A DNA stretch of 63,030 nt, the filler included, from Phoronis australis (Eukaryota; Animalia; Phoronida), in assembly GCA_002633005.1 (NCBI GenBank). It is 6 parts of 6 records of this genome, joined end to end, with 100 filler letters (N's around TTAATTAATTAA, not from the genome) between each part and the next. Parts side by side here need not be neighbours in the genome. Positions count along the whole stretch, not along the records: positions 31,559 to 45,943 come from NMRA01000300.1; positions 46,044 to 52,500 come from NMRA01002161.1; 4 more parts are not named here. One strand, given 5' to 3'. How positions within the stretch are numbered: position 1 is the stretch's first letter; the number at the start of each line of letters is the position of its first letter. Under the pieces are notes generated by a model. It was not told where the DNA came from. It made no database searches and saw nothing but the letters and a program-made list of their open reading frames with translations. A program made the position numbers and the translations under genes. This document shows positions 37,126 to 49,981 of this stretch, one piece after another.

Positions 37126-37137
37126 ATGGTAACTAAT

Positions 37138-38562
37138 GACCTAATTCTCGCCGACAGGAGGCGAATTCCAAAACGAGGCTCGCTACGATAGCTGTATTCC
37201 GCGTTCTGTTGCTCGAACGGCTTTTACAAATACGGACATTCAACTGTCTGTATTACAATCTCCGGCTAAAAGGCTGAGATGCGGAAGCGTTGAGTCGTTG
37301 CCATACGCCGCGACGAAAGAAAATATGTCCATGTTTTCGAAAAGTTAGATCATATTTGATACCATCTCGTTGCCGAGTAATGACGACTGGAGAATCTTCG
37401 ACCAGCCGGCTCAGTGTGTTTTCATGATGCATTTTTCTTTCTAAAAAGGACAGGGCCCTCAATCCTTCGATTTTGGGGCCGAATGTTGGCTCTATTCCCC
37501 TCTAAAATATTAAAAAATCACGCGACATTCCGCCACGAGGCCTAAAAAAGTGATTGGAAATTTCTCTTCGAAGTTCAAATCACCTGGAGTGTAACCACAC
37601 AGGGGATAATTTGAAAGAGCACAAAATGCTATTTGAGACATAACCTATGAGAGCTTGCAACAGGGCGGGGGTCTTATTGATGGTTATCGGGAGCTAGATT
37701 TTTCCCGTCACTCGGCGAAAAAATGCCCCTCTTGAAGGCACAGGCATCTTTCCCCTCGGATGATCCCTGAAGAAACGTGATAACTATGCTTGCTCTGTCC
37801 AGTTAACTGGAATTGAGTTCTAAAACGAGGTTATGCTTTAGACGAACGAATTAGGTACGAGTTTTAATTTTAAAATTCAACTTGGTACAGATTGATATTT
37901 GAAACCTAACACATGCAATAAACATAAGAATTGTTAAAACCAAGAAAGCAGAATTGATGGTCAAATAATTTTTATTTTCAATTACGAGCCAGGTTTTTAT
38001 TTTAATAAAAATATATTTAATAACATCAATTATTCTTTCAGATCAATGACAAATCAATTGTTAGTCCTGGTAGTCCCTACCTCACCAGGACCTAGGCTAT
38101 GCTTGATTCTTGATTAACAAATTAAACCAGATGCAACTGACAGCAAAATCCTGTCGAATATTTCATCAACTCGTCAACAATAAGAGCAGACGAACTGGTT
38201 CGTGTAGAAATTAGCATTTTTATCAACAATTTACACGAAGAAACGTAACCCTGCATTCAACATAATACCTAGCCGGAACACATCGATCGCCGTAATTTGG
38301 TCATATTTACTTTTCGTACTTTGAACCTAGTTTTCCGAAAAAAGCTTATACCCTTTCGTCAGACAACTCTTTGGTGCATTGACTTGTTCTCTAATGTATT
38401 TGTTTATGTCTCTGTGGTTAATTATCGACACATTTTTAAGATTTAATATCCAGGTTGGACGCGAAAGACCGGCCCATTTAACTCACGCAATGTCAACTTC
38501 GGCTTTGTTTATCGCAGTGAGCCTCGATTTGGATTTTAATGTCTGCCGCGTGAATTGGGTCT
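37138..38562 (-). mobile_element. Same MITE family, inverted copy 2 (with ~350 bp extra internal sequence)
   Basis: Collinear reverse complement of 35969-37125; ends GCCGCGTGAATTGGGTCT|AT. Confidence 0.7.
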
Positions 38563-40289
38563 ATATACAGTCACGTGTAGCTATCATAACAAAGACAGTT
38601 CGCACACGGACATTTTCCGTTCACTACATAGCACATCATAACAAAGACAGTTCGCACACGGACATTTTCCGTTCACTACATAGCACATCATCCCATTTCC
38701 ACCTACATCTGGCCCACATCTGCAAACAGTGTTTCGTGTCCATCCCAGCAAACTTTGCATAAACACCCGTCTCCGCCATTGGTATGACGTGATTGTCTGG
38801 CCCATGGTGACACCAGTTAGTAAATTCTATGTCACGGAAAAGCCGATTGGTCGCCGTCCACCGCCATTCTTTGTGGGTGTGCCGAGGGCTATTGGCACCT
38901 ATCCACACATCTCCACCTAAAAGTACGACAATATTGATTTCATGCTTTGCTCGCAACACGTGGAAAATGTACAATGTTAACGCAGGTGCAGTTTTGTCGA
39001 ACCATTTTCGAAATGAGCAGTAAAGGTACTGATCGAAACAAATCTTATAATATCTGAAAAGGTTCTATAAACATTTCGACATTTCAGAACTGTTTGGCTG
39101 TCTTCAAAAGGCTTTACACTATTTTTTTGGCGAATTCCCCATTAGATATGGCACCAATTACAGTTTTTCAACTAGGATACATGTACATTTCTCCCCACGA
39201 TAGGATCGATGCCCAAATAGATAATAGCTACTCAGCCTTTTTAGAAACGATACCAAGCAATTAGATGTGTAATTTTCACTTTTTGTGAACAGACGACACG
39301 AAATCACACACTTCCGCAAAATTACTGCAAGAAACAACAAATTTATTCACAATTTAAACTGCTAAATATTTCAGAATATGTGTACATTTGTTTCAAAGCT
39401 TAGTCGGATGACATTCATTATGTGAGATTGTCTCGGAAGTTATTTGGTCAAAAACGCCAACTTGTTTTTTGATTGGCAGTTCACTACCATTGATCGGAAT
39501 ACGGACAGATTGATGATGTACAAGGGCTTGGTGTTAAGTAGTCGAAATTTGCGACGGATCAGTGCCCGGATGCTGTGCAACATAGGTAGCGCTAACAATG
39601 AACTGGGGGAGTGGTTCTTTTCATTTCCTTGATAAGTTCGCTGAACTTCTTTGCATCAGCGCAGCCAGTTATCATTAGAGGGGGGTTCAAAAATGCCAGT
39701 GGTTAGGGTTTATAAGAAAGAACATGGCGGAAACACGTAACATTACACACTACAAGAGAGTATTAAACACAATCAAAACCAGAGGGCAAAAGCATACAAA
39801 CAATACAAGAAAACCCAGCGAATGCATGAACGGCAGGCATACATGTAAATTGATAACCCACAAGTCTTTAAATTTGACCCATAGATTTGAGGTCCTGTGG
39901 GTCAACTCATCGTACACACGTTTTCTAAAAGGATCCTAGCTTGAATTGGTGATATGAATAACAAATATGTTAACATGTTTCTACTGGCATCTAACGTTAA
40001 ATGTGCAAGGTTTAATCCTCACGAAACACGAAATCGCATGCGGGGGAAAAGATAAGCTGACTAAGTTACGGGAAAACGATCAGGTGTCCAAAGTATCCTC
40101 CAGTGTGAGCAGTCGACACTGCAGAGAAAATAATATCTCTTTCATGTATATGCATCTGGTTGGTTGTAGAGTGAGTCATCACGTGTCAGCAGTGACGTAG
40201 CTAAGATTGTTGCCTCCCAGAACCGAAAGTAACGGTGCTGACACGTTGTTGCGATTTTGTACCGCCCCGGTCGTGTGCACCCTCTCCCC

Positions 40290-40660
40290 GGTGGCCAATT
40301 TCGAGCTGGATCACACATTCGATTTCCCCGTACCCATGTCGCACGCGTCGCCACTCCCACGGCCATGCCCCCCTCCCTTCCACCCTCCGGACGTCATCAA
40401 ATTTTGTATCGCACCCATCGATGATTTGTGACGCTCTCCTCATGCAGGTGTCACTCCCCTGCCTTTGTCCAATGGTTCGAAAAAAGAGATCTTCAAAGCA
40501 CTGGAGATTCATAAAACATGGCCGGCTTAATCGGATTTTCACTAATTTCTAGCGATCTCGAGCAACATATAAAAGCTCGTGGTAGTTTCACTAATTTTGT
40601 GGCGCCCTCCATGTGAAAGTATTCCAGCCAGCAGAAGATTGGCTTGCTCATCCTTAAGGT
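40290..40660 (+). promoter_or_regulatory. Possible Pol II promoter and short first exon
   Basis: GC-rich island, CCAAT (~40294, ~40469), GACGTCA (~40390), TATAAAAG (~40568), donor AAG|GTAATT (~40658). Confidence 0.3.
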
Positions 40661-41361
40661 AATTAAAGTTCCTTACCCCCGCGTTTGCGTAATTCTTTCG
40701 TCAAAAACTTGTGTTCACGTCCTGATTGCACCGCTGCAAGATGTGAGCCGTTCTTGTCACGACATTCAGTTTGGGCGTCGGTCCATGTCCGCAGTTTTAA
40801 GTCGAAGAAATAGCAGGATTTACGGTTTTGTATGAAGTTAACAGGACATCCTGGAAGGAAAAGACGCGTGTAAGATTTGAATGCACAGCAAGTTTGCTTG
40901 TCTTTTTATACCTGCACACTTCTAAAAATTTTGCAACGTACTGCAAAGCTTCGCGTACCTTTCAAAGTCAAAAAGCCTTGGGTCCCATTGATGACGCCAG
41001 ACTCATGAATTAGTCTATCGTCAGGGAATTAATGTGTACTTGTTTAACTCTATGTGTAAGTTTAAAATGATCCCAATCCTTGTTTACACTCCCTGGCTAG
41101 GCCTAACGTAAGGTCAACTCACGAACTTCAAATCAGGACCAGTCAATTTTTCGAAGAAAAACTGTAAAGGCAAAGATAATCATTGAACCCTACTGTACTT
41201 GACTGGTAGTGTGCTACCGATAAAGTAAGAACGCTAACTCGCTCCTGTTGAATTCACTAGCTAATGAGTTCATAACTTCAGATGACACCGCCTGTGTCAT
41301 TTTGTGAATGATGATGACTACATATCAATAGATGGCGCTAGTAAGCTGCACATTCACTTAC

Positions 41362-41506
41362 TTCTGTTAGCCAGCTTCTCCTGCTCTCTCAGTCTCTTCT
41401 TCTTCTTTGAGTTCAAGTTTTTCAAAAGTTTCTTGAAACGGTTTCCGCGCAGCACTCTGTAGGATTTGTTTGATATCCTTAGTATTTTGTTCAGCAAGGT
41501 TAATGT
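41362..41506 (-). CDS. Candidate orphan exon, Lys/Arg-rich
   Basis: atttcag|...|gtaagt; open reading TLTLLNKILRISNKSYRVLRGNRFKKLLKNLNSKKKKRLREQEKLANR. Confidence 0.3.
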
Positions 41507-42615
41507 CTGAAATATAGACATGCGCGAGGAAGTGATCATTGGTGTCAGACATATAAATGAAAACTACTTTATTTTACTGCCCCGTTGTTCCGAATGCAAG
41601 CGTAGCACAATTGTAAACTATTCAACTCAACTGTTGAGCAAATTGCAAATCAAACATTCGCCAATTATTGCATCACAAAATAAAATGACATTCCGGCCCA
41701 CAATACATGAAAAATTGATTAAGCTTAAAACAACTATAAACAGCCCCACCAGTCTATCAGCTATCAAATTGGAACACCCGCAAACAGTACCTGGCGGCAT
41801 GTTAATTATCTATTAATTGAAGCATACTACACATAATCAACCAATAGTTATCATCCATTGTGTTAAATGTGAAAAGTCGTCAGATATTGCTGCTCGTTTT
41901 CCCATTACGTTGTGGTGGTTGTGACAACTTAGTATTTGACCACGCTGTGGCTTATTCACTGGCTTTCTTGCTGGACATCAGAGAAGAGCAGATATGGGCA
42001 TGGCACAAGTTTGTACAAGAAATTCGCATGTTGGTGGACATGGCACACCCGTCGTGGGTTGCCAAATGACGTCGTATGGAGATCGCAAAGTATTGTTTTG
42101 TCCATGTGACGGGCGTAAGCGCGTCGTATGGTTATTGCCTGTGGGACACATCCATTGTTTTTCTTTGTTGTGTCTTTGTTGGACATAACAATACAGGTCA
42201 CATGAATATCGCACCTTGGTCGCACATCAGACCGTTACCCATAAATGCTTGCCATTATCTTTATGATAAGAAAGAAAAACAAAGTGAACAATGGATACGC
42301 ATATCTATTGATATTTATGCGATGAGCTTGCGATCTGGAGCTATAAAAACTTTTAGTTGAAGTCGCTTTTTTCTTCCATTTTCTAGTTTGTGCGATATTG
42401 AATTTACGATTGTGAATTACAGTGGTGTAAAGGATGCTGACAATGCAGTCACGTGTCAAAACAAGGTAAATGGTGGTTTTAAGCACTTTGTTTTCATTAC
42501 ATTCCTTTCCGTGATAGGATTCTATCCCCGTTATCAACAAGACATCTTTGCCACAACCAGTTTATCGTGGTGGACCCAAGACAAATATTGCCAAGTGGAA
42601 TGTAAGCCTTGCCTC

Positions 42616-42687
42616 ATCACGTGACTTGCCGGCTCACGTGACTTGCCGGCTCACGTGACTTGCCGGCTCACGTGACTTGCCGGCTCA
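42616..42687. repeat. 17-bp tandem repeat (TCACGTGACTTGCCGGC) x4
   Basis: Perfect direct copies. Confidence 0.95.
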
Positions 42688-43789
42688 TTCGGCATCAATT
42701 CAGTAACGCAGGTCTGTCAATGCTTTTAAAACCAAAGCGCCTCGGTTAAGAATTCAATATCAGTAGCTTAGCAACTGCTAAGTGACAATTTAAAGAGGCC
42801 TGGAACACAAGCAAAGACTAATTTGCATTATTCAGAGTGGTTCTCTGCCACTGAAACAGAATCCATCTTGCTCACAAGGTATTTTGCTTTTTGTTCGTAA
42901 AGAATTCGAGTTTCTGTTGATGTCAAAGCATTTTAGTTTCAAATTTCAAATCTGCACATCACTTTGTCGATTTTTCTCCTACAAGACAAAGCACGTCTCC
43001 TTATTTCAGACGGAAAGTCACAGAAGTTTTATATTTCCCTCAAATGGAAAAATGTGACCTTTGTCCCTTCATGTAAACAAAACAATAGAGACTCAATCAG
43101 CAGCCAGTTTGATTAATATAAATCCTGATTAAAATTAGTTATAAAGTATCTTAGTATTCAAATATACTCTAAATGCTCTTTGGAATTATTTTTGGAAAAT
43201 TACTTGATTTACTGGCTTGCCTCATACTGTTCTGTCGACGTCAGATTCGGCGCGCGATCACACATGATAACATGCTGTTATTATCCATCTTGTAAGTCAG
43301 CTGTTTGTCGAATTACTGTGAGCGCATGCGCGCATTCATCTGAGTGGGAGGGAGAAACTCTGTGGTCGCTATTATATAGAGACTTTCAGAAAGTATCAAA
43401 GCCTTTTTGTGATTATGCTGATATTCTTTCTCTGTCAACTATTAATTGAATCAACACTAAACATGTAGCAAACATTTAATGCAAACGCAAACACTCAAAA
43501 TAATGCAATATTTAAACACCTGTTATAATTCATCATGGACTAATAGACATACACACTACAGGAAAACAAAGTCTGCATTGCTTATTTATTTACAACGTCT
43601 GGAAATTGTTAATAAAAATCTACTTTTTGTTTTCAAAATATTTGTCGTTCCCATTTTGCGTGAAAACATTTTCAAACTTATTTAAAAAAGCTAATTCACC
43701 CTTGAAAATTCCGATAGATGGTGCTGTAATTGGTTCTGAAATCGACGGTAAAAATGTCTTCAAGCCAGAGTGATAAGATTATTCAGCGA

Positions 43790-44150
43790 TTTAAGCATGC
43801 ACCCACTACATACAAATATGACAGCATTAAACATGCACCCACTACATACAAATATGACAGCATTAAATATGCACCCACTACATACAAATATGACAGCATT
43901 AAGCATGCACCCACTACATACAAATATGACAGCATTAAACATGCACCCACTACATACAAATATGACAGCATTAAACATGCACCCACTACATACAAATATG
44001 ACAGCATTAAGCATGCACCCACTACATACAAATATGACAGCATTAAACATGCACCCACTACATACAAATATGACAGCATTAAACATGCACCCACTACATA
44101 CAAATATGACAGCATTAAACATGCACCCACTACATACAAATATGACAGCA
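43790..44150. repeat. 36-bp minisatellite x~10
   Basis: Unit TTAAACATGCACCCACTACATACAAATATGACAGCA. Confidence 0.95.
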
Positions 44151-46448
44151 ATTGCACCTAAATTAGTGTTGGGCCCTCTGGAGTACATAGAAGTTCGGAT
44201 ATACTTTCCGAATACTTTGACTAAAAACAGTAAAAATACAAGTGAACAATATCATCTGACTTCACATTACGGAATCTATAGTTCTCATTAATAATGATTT
44301 ACCAACTTATTTGTCCCTATTATGATGATGATAATAATTCCCTATAGACGTCTGTCCCACACTTTCAGTGCACTTCCGTGTAGGAATTGGCCGCTTGCCG
44401 GCCATTCATTTTTTTAAACAAATTTGCTCGGTCGGAAGTGCAGGGATTTATTCTTTTTACCACACAATCAGGTTGTAAGCAGAACTTTTGGCCAATTGGC
44501 TGAAGTATGTGTGTCTTAACAATCAATAATTTCAGTAGGCTACACATGCCATTACACCGGGATTCAGCGCCTACGAAAACACCTGGCAAATTACCCGAGA
44601 GCACAGTATTAAAAATCAACACCAGTTTAGCTTTGATTATTGACAAACATTGGTCGCAATATAACATCATCGAGAAAAAGTAAAGCATGAAGACTTCGCC
44701 GTTTTGTTTTGTACCCTCCGTAAAAGGAGGTCAAATCACATCCGCCCGGGGTCGTAACTCCGTCAGTAGCTCAGTATTCAACAAAACTTTTTTCCACGCG
44801 TATGTATAAAATAAAAGTTTTGGGGACTGATTATGAAATTGAGTTCAGATAATTGTCATAGTCATTGTCTCAGGGACAGACATCACTGCACATTGGAGAG
44901 GTCCACAAGTGCTCAGTCCTTCTCAGCAGCAGTCAAGAAAGTGTCACACTGCTGATGGTTCCCATGGGTTCAGATAAACTTTAAAGAAGTGGCATCATCG
45001 TAATGACGTCGATTGTTATGTTTGAATATTTAGACATCACGCAGTAAAACATAATTATGTAGTACACGTTGTCGCCATCTATTGCCGTTATTCAAGACTA
45101 GCAGAAGAGTCATAGGCAGTTTGTTACTCTCACTACTATTAAATTCGTGCATCCACCAGGTGAGGACTGAAAGTCGAAAATATAGAATTCTTGGTAAATA
45201 TTACGAACAATTCGAACTATATGTACACGAACTGTTCCAATTTGTGACTTATGAGAACACACGTAATATGTTTTGCTTCGTAAGAAGCTGCATCTACCAG
45301 GTAACGTTTTGCTTTGCAAAGTTTGGACTCCGGTACTTGTTTCCAGATTAGTTAGGAGTCTAGGCGGCTCATCGTTGTTCGGCTTGTATTATTATCATCA
45401 TCATCTTCATCATAATCATCAGAATGATTATTTCATGCTATTATTTAATTTATTATTATCCAAGTGACACGTGCGTTAGCGTCTGGAAACTATGATCGAG
45501 CGCGTTACATTTTACCCACATCTCGAGAATACTAGAGTTTTGCCCGTATATCGAGAATACGAGTTTTACATTTGACTTATGTGGCCTAATTATATTCAAG
45601 ATTTGTTCGCCAGACAAACAGGTGTTAAACTTAAAGGCGAAGGCAACCTTTTTCCATGTCATTTTGAGCTAAAATAAGGTTGGTTGGTTATCCTAGACAT
45701 ATTTTGCACTTAATTACAGCTTTTCGTAATTTTATTAATTACTCGTCCGCTTTTCCGGAAGTGACGTTTTAGGAGGCAAGCGCTTCCCGCCACTTGGTTT
45801 TGCGTTGAGCTTACTGTGCGAATCTGTTCTATTCTACTTTTGTTTTGTGCTATTTTTCACCAATTGTCGCCACCACTTTCCATCGGCGAGTATTCTGCGG
45901 CAAGATAGGTTAGTAGAGAACTCAACTGCGTTGGATTTAGGGANNNNNNNNNNNNNNNNNNNNNNNNNNNNNNNNNNNNNNNNNNNNTTAATTAATTAAN
46001 NNNNNNNNNNNNNNNNNNNNNNNNNNNNNNNNNNNNNNNNNNNCCGTTATGTTCCTTCCTCTGCCCGCGTTAGATCCAAATTTTAGGACGGGGCTAATCC
46101 CGGCTGGTGTGGCTGGTCAATTAAGACTTTGTTGGCACAAGCAGTGCCATTTTGTTGTTTTTATTGACCCAATTGCCTGTATTGCCTGGCATCTTTGTCT
46201 GTGCCATTTACGTTAGATGAAAAACAGTGTTCCAGTACAGTGTTACTGAGCGGCATCAATTTGCCGTTTTTGTTTTTTTAGTAGATAAATTAGGACTCAA
46301 CATTTTACAGTGTTGTAGAGCAGGGACCAACGGGAATCTAACAACTATTTTTGCTATCGGATACGCTATCGCAAACGTCCTTCTATGTGAATTTAATCTC
46401 CGAAATTACGCCGCATTTGGCAAAAACCTGGAAAGTATTCAGTTCAAA

Positions 46449-46862
46449 TTTATGTAGGACCCTAAAAATGTTCAAATTTGTCCAACTTCGAAAATCATAT
46501 CGGCTGTTCGGATTCACATGAAACTTTGAGATACTATTGAACATTTCCATCAAATGGAGTAATTGATACAGTTGTTTTGCGATGTAGTGATTTCCAAAAG
46601 GTGTCGCACCTTACTAAGGTCCGTGGTCAAGGTGAGACAGGTCAAATAACGTCTCACTACAGCTATCAATGAACTTTTATGATTTTTGCCAAATTCATGG
46701 TCACGCGACCCAAACAATAGAAAATTGATGAAATGTCATCATTGAAATTCCACGAGCTTTCTGCTTTCAGAAAATAAATATGCTTTCACTAAACTAAAAT
46801 CTATAGTCGTGTTAGTCTAGGCTAAATACACGGACGTGTTAATGAGGTTCTACATAACCTTA
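46449..46862. mobile_element. Kolobok-like MITE (TTAA-flanked end); related fragments at ~25400-25700, 30150-30290 and 51450-51757
   Basis: TTATGTAGGACCCT...AGGTTCTACATAACCTTAA; shared internal aaaatcaaattctac/aaaatctata blocks. Confidence 0.55.
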
Positions 46863-49766
46863 AAAGGATATTAAATCGTGTTTTTGTATGTCGACAGATA
46901 TTAAGTAAATCTTTGAAACAAAACAGTGCTCCGATGCTCTCGTCAACACCCAAAAATTTGGTAGTGGACCGGGTCTACTGAATAAGTGACTAACACTTTG
47001 GACGAATAAATCAGTCACTCAGCGACCACCAGCTACGAGACGTGCCAGTGAACGTGTTTTAGCTGGAGTGCGTTCCGTATACGCAAGACATTCGTCAAAC
47101 ACATTTGGCAATAAATCCTCACTTTTGGGTTCAACATTCTAGTGTTAGCCGCCCACCAGTAGCGGCCATTTTTGCTAATCAGGTTTTTTAATGTTTGTTA
47201 TCAAATAGTCTGTACAATAAATATACAGAACCAGAAAGCATTGTATCTGAGCTACTCAGTGCTAATATAGCCTAGAGGATACTCGCACTCGCAAAACACT
47301 CACTTTTCACCGTTTTATCGAAGTCTTGCGTGATTCTGAGTATCTCGCACCTCTGACTAATGCCCAATGAAAATTAATATGCGCGCACCAGTAAATATAG
47401 TGCCGACACACGAGTACTACCACGTATTGTTTACATGCACTTGAGTTTTAGGCTGTACAAAGAAACGGACGAAATTTTCTCACCAACAGAGCATCCTCGG
47501 AACTGTAAACAACGATTTGTTACTTGGTGTTCTGCACAATTCCAAAGTTTCTTTTTAAACGAATTAGTGTTTGTATAATTCTGCAGTCGGGAACTCTTCA
47601 ATTTGAAGTTGAAGACTTATGACCTATATGCAACCGCGCGCCTCTATTCAGAAAACTGCGAATGATGAAATCTCCACAACTGAAAAAATTTCTAGGAATA
47701 ATCTGCCCCTTTTTATCAGAAAATGACGCCACCTGGAGAATTTTGCAATGGGTTCGAAAAATGACTTAAAACAAGGCCATCAGAAAGAGGGGGGGGGGGA
47801 NNNNNNNNNNNNNNNNNNNNNNNNNNNNNNNNNNNNNNNNNNNNNNNNNNNNNNNNNNNNNNNNNNNNNNNNNNNNNNNNNNNNNNNNNNNNNNNNNNNN
47901 NNNNNNNNNNNNNNNNNNNNNNNNNNNNNNNNNNNNNNNNNNNNNNNNNNNNNNNNNNNNNNNNNCGCAGCGCTCTATTCCAGTGACATAAAACATTGCC
48001 AAAACGTTAAGTGGAGCAGTAAGAAACATGTGTCATGAACAGTTTGTGTGATTGACGAACAAAAAGACATTTCCCACAGCAGTACTTTTGAGTTGCCTGA
48101 AAGGCTGGGCCTTAATTGCTCGTCGGTTTTCTTTTTGTTTTGAGATAATAAACGTACGCCACTGCCATAACAAATGAACACGTAGTATAGCGTCGGAAGT
48201 AATTAGTTAATGTCGACCAAAGCTCATAGACGCTGATTAATTAAAAATATAGGATTTTCATCAAAATATAAAATTAACTCACAGTTTTTAGAAAAATATT
48301 TAACAAAACTGCGCAATAATCACGATTTTATGCCAGAGAATAATACGTTATCTTCGTAAAATTGACAATGAAATGATCCAAAGAAGACAGTACCCATAAA
48401 TTGTATCATTGTTGATGTAACTGACGTTGAAAAAATCACTGTGCATGAAAAACTAAATGGGTGTTGGCTACTTGTTTAGTAGCGAGAGAGCCTGAAGATT
48501 CCCATGGTAACTAAAGTACTACTGTACATTAAAATATTCCCACAACATGTTTAACAAAATCTCGTATTCCTATTCATATAAAACGTAGAGGATCTGTTAA
48601 TTATCTGTCAAACTAATTACTATCGCTAATTTGATCAAAGTTCAATATGCTGTCAAGATAAATGAAATCAAGGCTGGCCGGATGAGTATTGTGTCAAAGT
48701 AATTTTATCTCTTTTCTGGATAACTTCAAGACAAATTGCTCTAAAGTCATGCGACTTGTACAACTTCACTCCGCCTCCAATGAGAAATTGGATACCATTT
48801 AATGTGTCAAATAATAAAGCAAGTAAGTGGCTATTGGCGCCTAAATGATCCAATGTTTTAGCCAAAGGATAATACATCGAAACGTCACAATTAGCTACAG
48901 AGCTAATCCCGAGGCAAATCAAATCCTACGTATTGGAGTTTCTCCGCTTTTCAAGTTGCCTCCGAAAGATCTCGTGAAATAAACCACTCATGTTTTATGC
49001 AAACATCGGACGTGCATACCAAGATGTGCGAAAGATCACGGCATAGAACTTTTTAAGAACTATGTAGCCATTTTCACAGATCGTATGTACATCCCAGTCT
49101 CACCAGGATCCGAGGAATATAGTCTAGGTACTTTAGTTTTCTTCATCGCTATAGGAAGGCTACATTTCTACACAGTGCGAGGCTCATTTAAAAAAAGTAC
49201 TCCTTCCGATCAAAACTCATCTCAGTGTGTTTGGCCCCTCGTTCTTTGTAAAATGGTCCTAGTCCACTAAAAAGGCAGGAACTACCAAAATTCGGCGAAT
49301 GCACAATTTATAGCTCTGAACGTACTCCGTGATTCTTAGTAAAAAGTCCACATTCTCAAAAATTCAAGTTCCCCATTTTTAGGCTGGTTGCGCTCATGTG
49401 CCCTGTGTTTAATTCTTCTGGGTTGATATCCGTAGACGCCAGAATCTCGTGAGAAAGTTAGCCATTGTAATCACGTGCTTCATTTCTAATACATGGCGAT
49501 ATTTCGCAGACTTGATAGCGTTTTCGCAAGTGTATTGTTAATTTATGCAGCAAATAATTAACGCCCGCCCTTAATAATTATTTCACACCCCTAACAAGAG
49601 TTAACTTACGCTCGTAATTTATGTGCGTAACGTTCACCTATTTGACCAACGATGTATTTCGTCTACGTAGTGTGATGGTACGTATTAAGCGAAAAAATTT
49701 TGAGAGCGTATTGTTGGTCGTCAAAGTGATCAGCAGAATGGAAACGATTTTTTATCTTTGTTCCAG

Positions 49767-49981
49767 GACCGAATTGTCGGGCTCCAAACGGTGTCGTGGT
49801 CAAAGAAGGACAAACAGTTCAAATTGATCCCTGCACGAAATGTACGTGTGACCGAAGCAGCTGGTGGGGGTCTTCTGACGAACGAGCAAAATGCCGCTTG
49901 GAACCTTGTCTGATGAAGCCATGCCCAAAAGGACAAAGACGCCAATTTAGAAGAGGACACTGCTGTCCAATTTGCGTTTAA
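49767..49981 (+). CDS. Terminal exon encoding a VWC domain (Brorin/VWC2-like secreted protein)
   Basis: ctttgttccag|GPNCRAPNGVVVKEGQTVQIDPCTKCTC...CRLEPCLMKPC...GHCCPICV*; CxxCxC and CCPxC motifs; AATAAA downstream. Confidence 0.85.

Noticed and set aside
43730-44291. Repetitive ORFs (KHAPTTYKYDSI)n and CRISPR-like periodicity
   Set aside because: Head-to-tail 36-bp minisatellite with no unique spacers, no cas genes and no splice context; open frames follow from the unit length.
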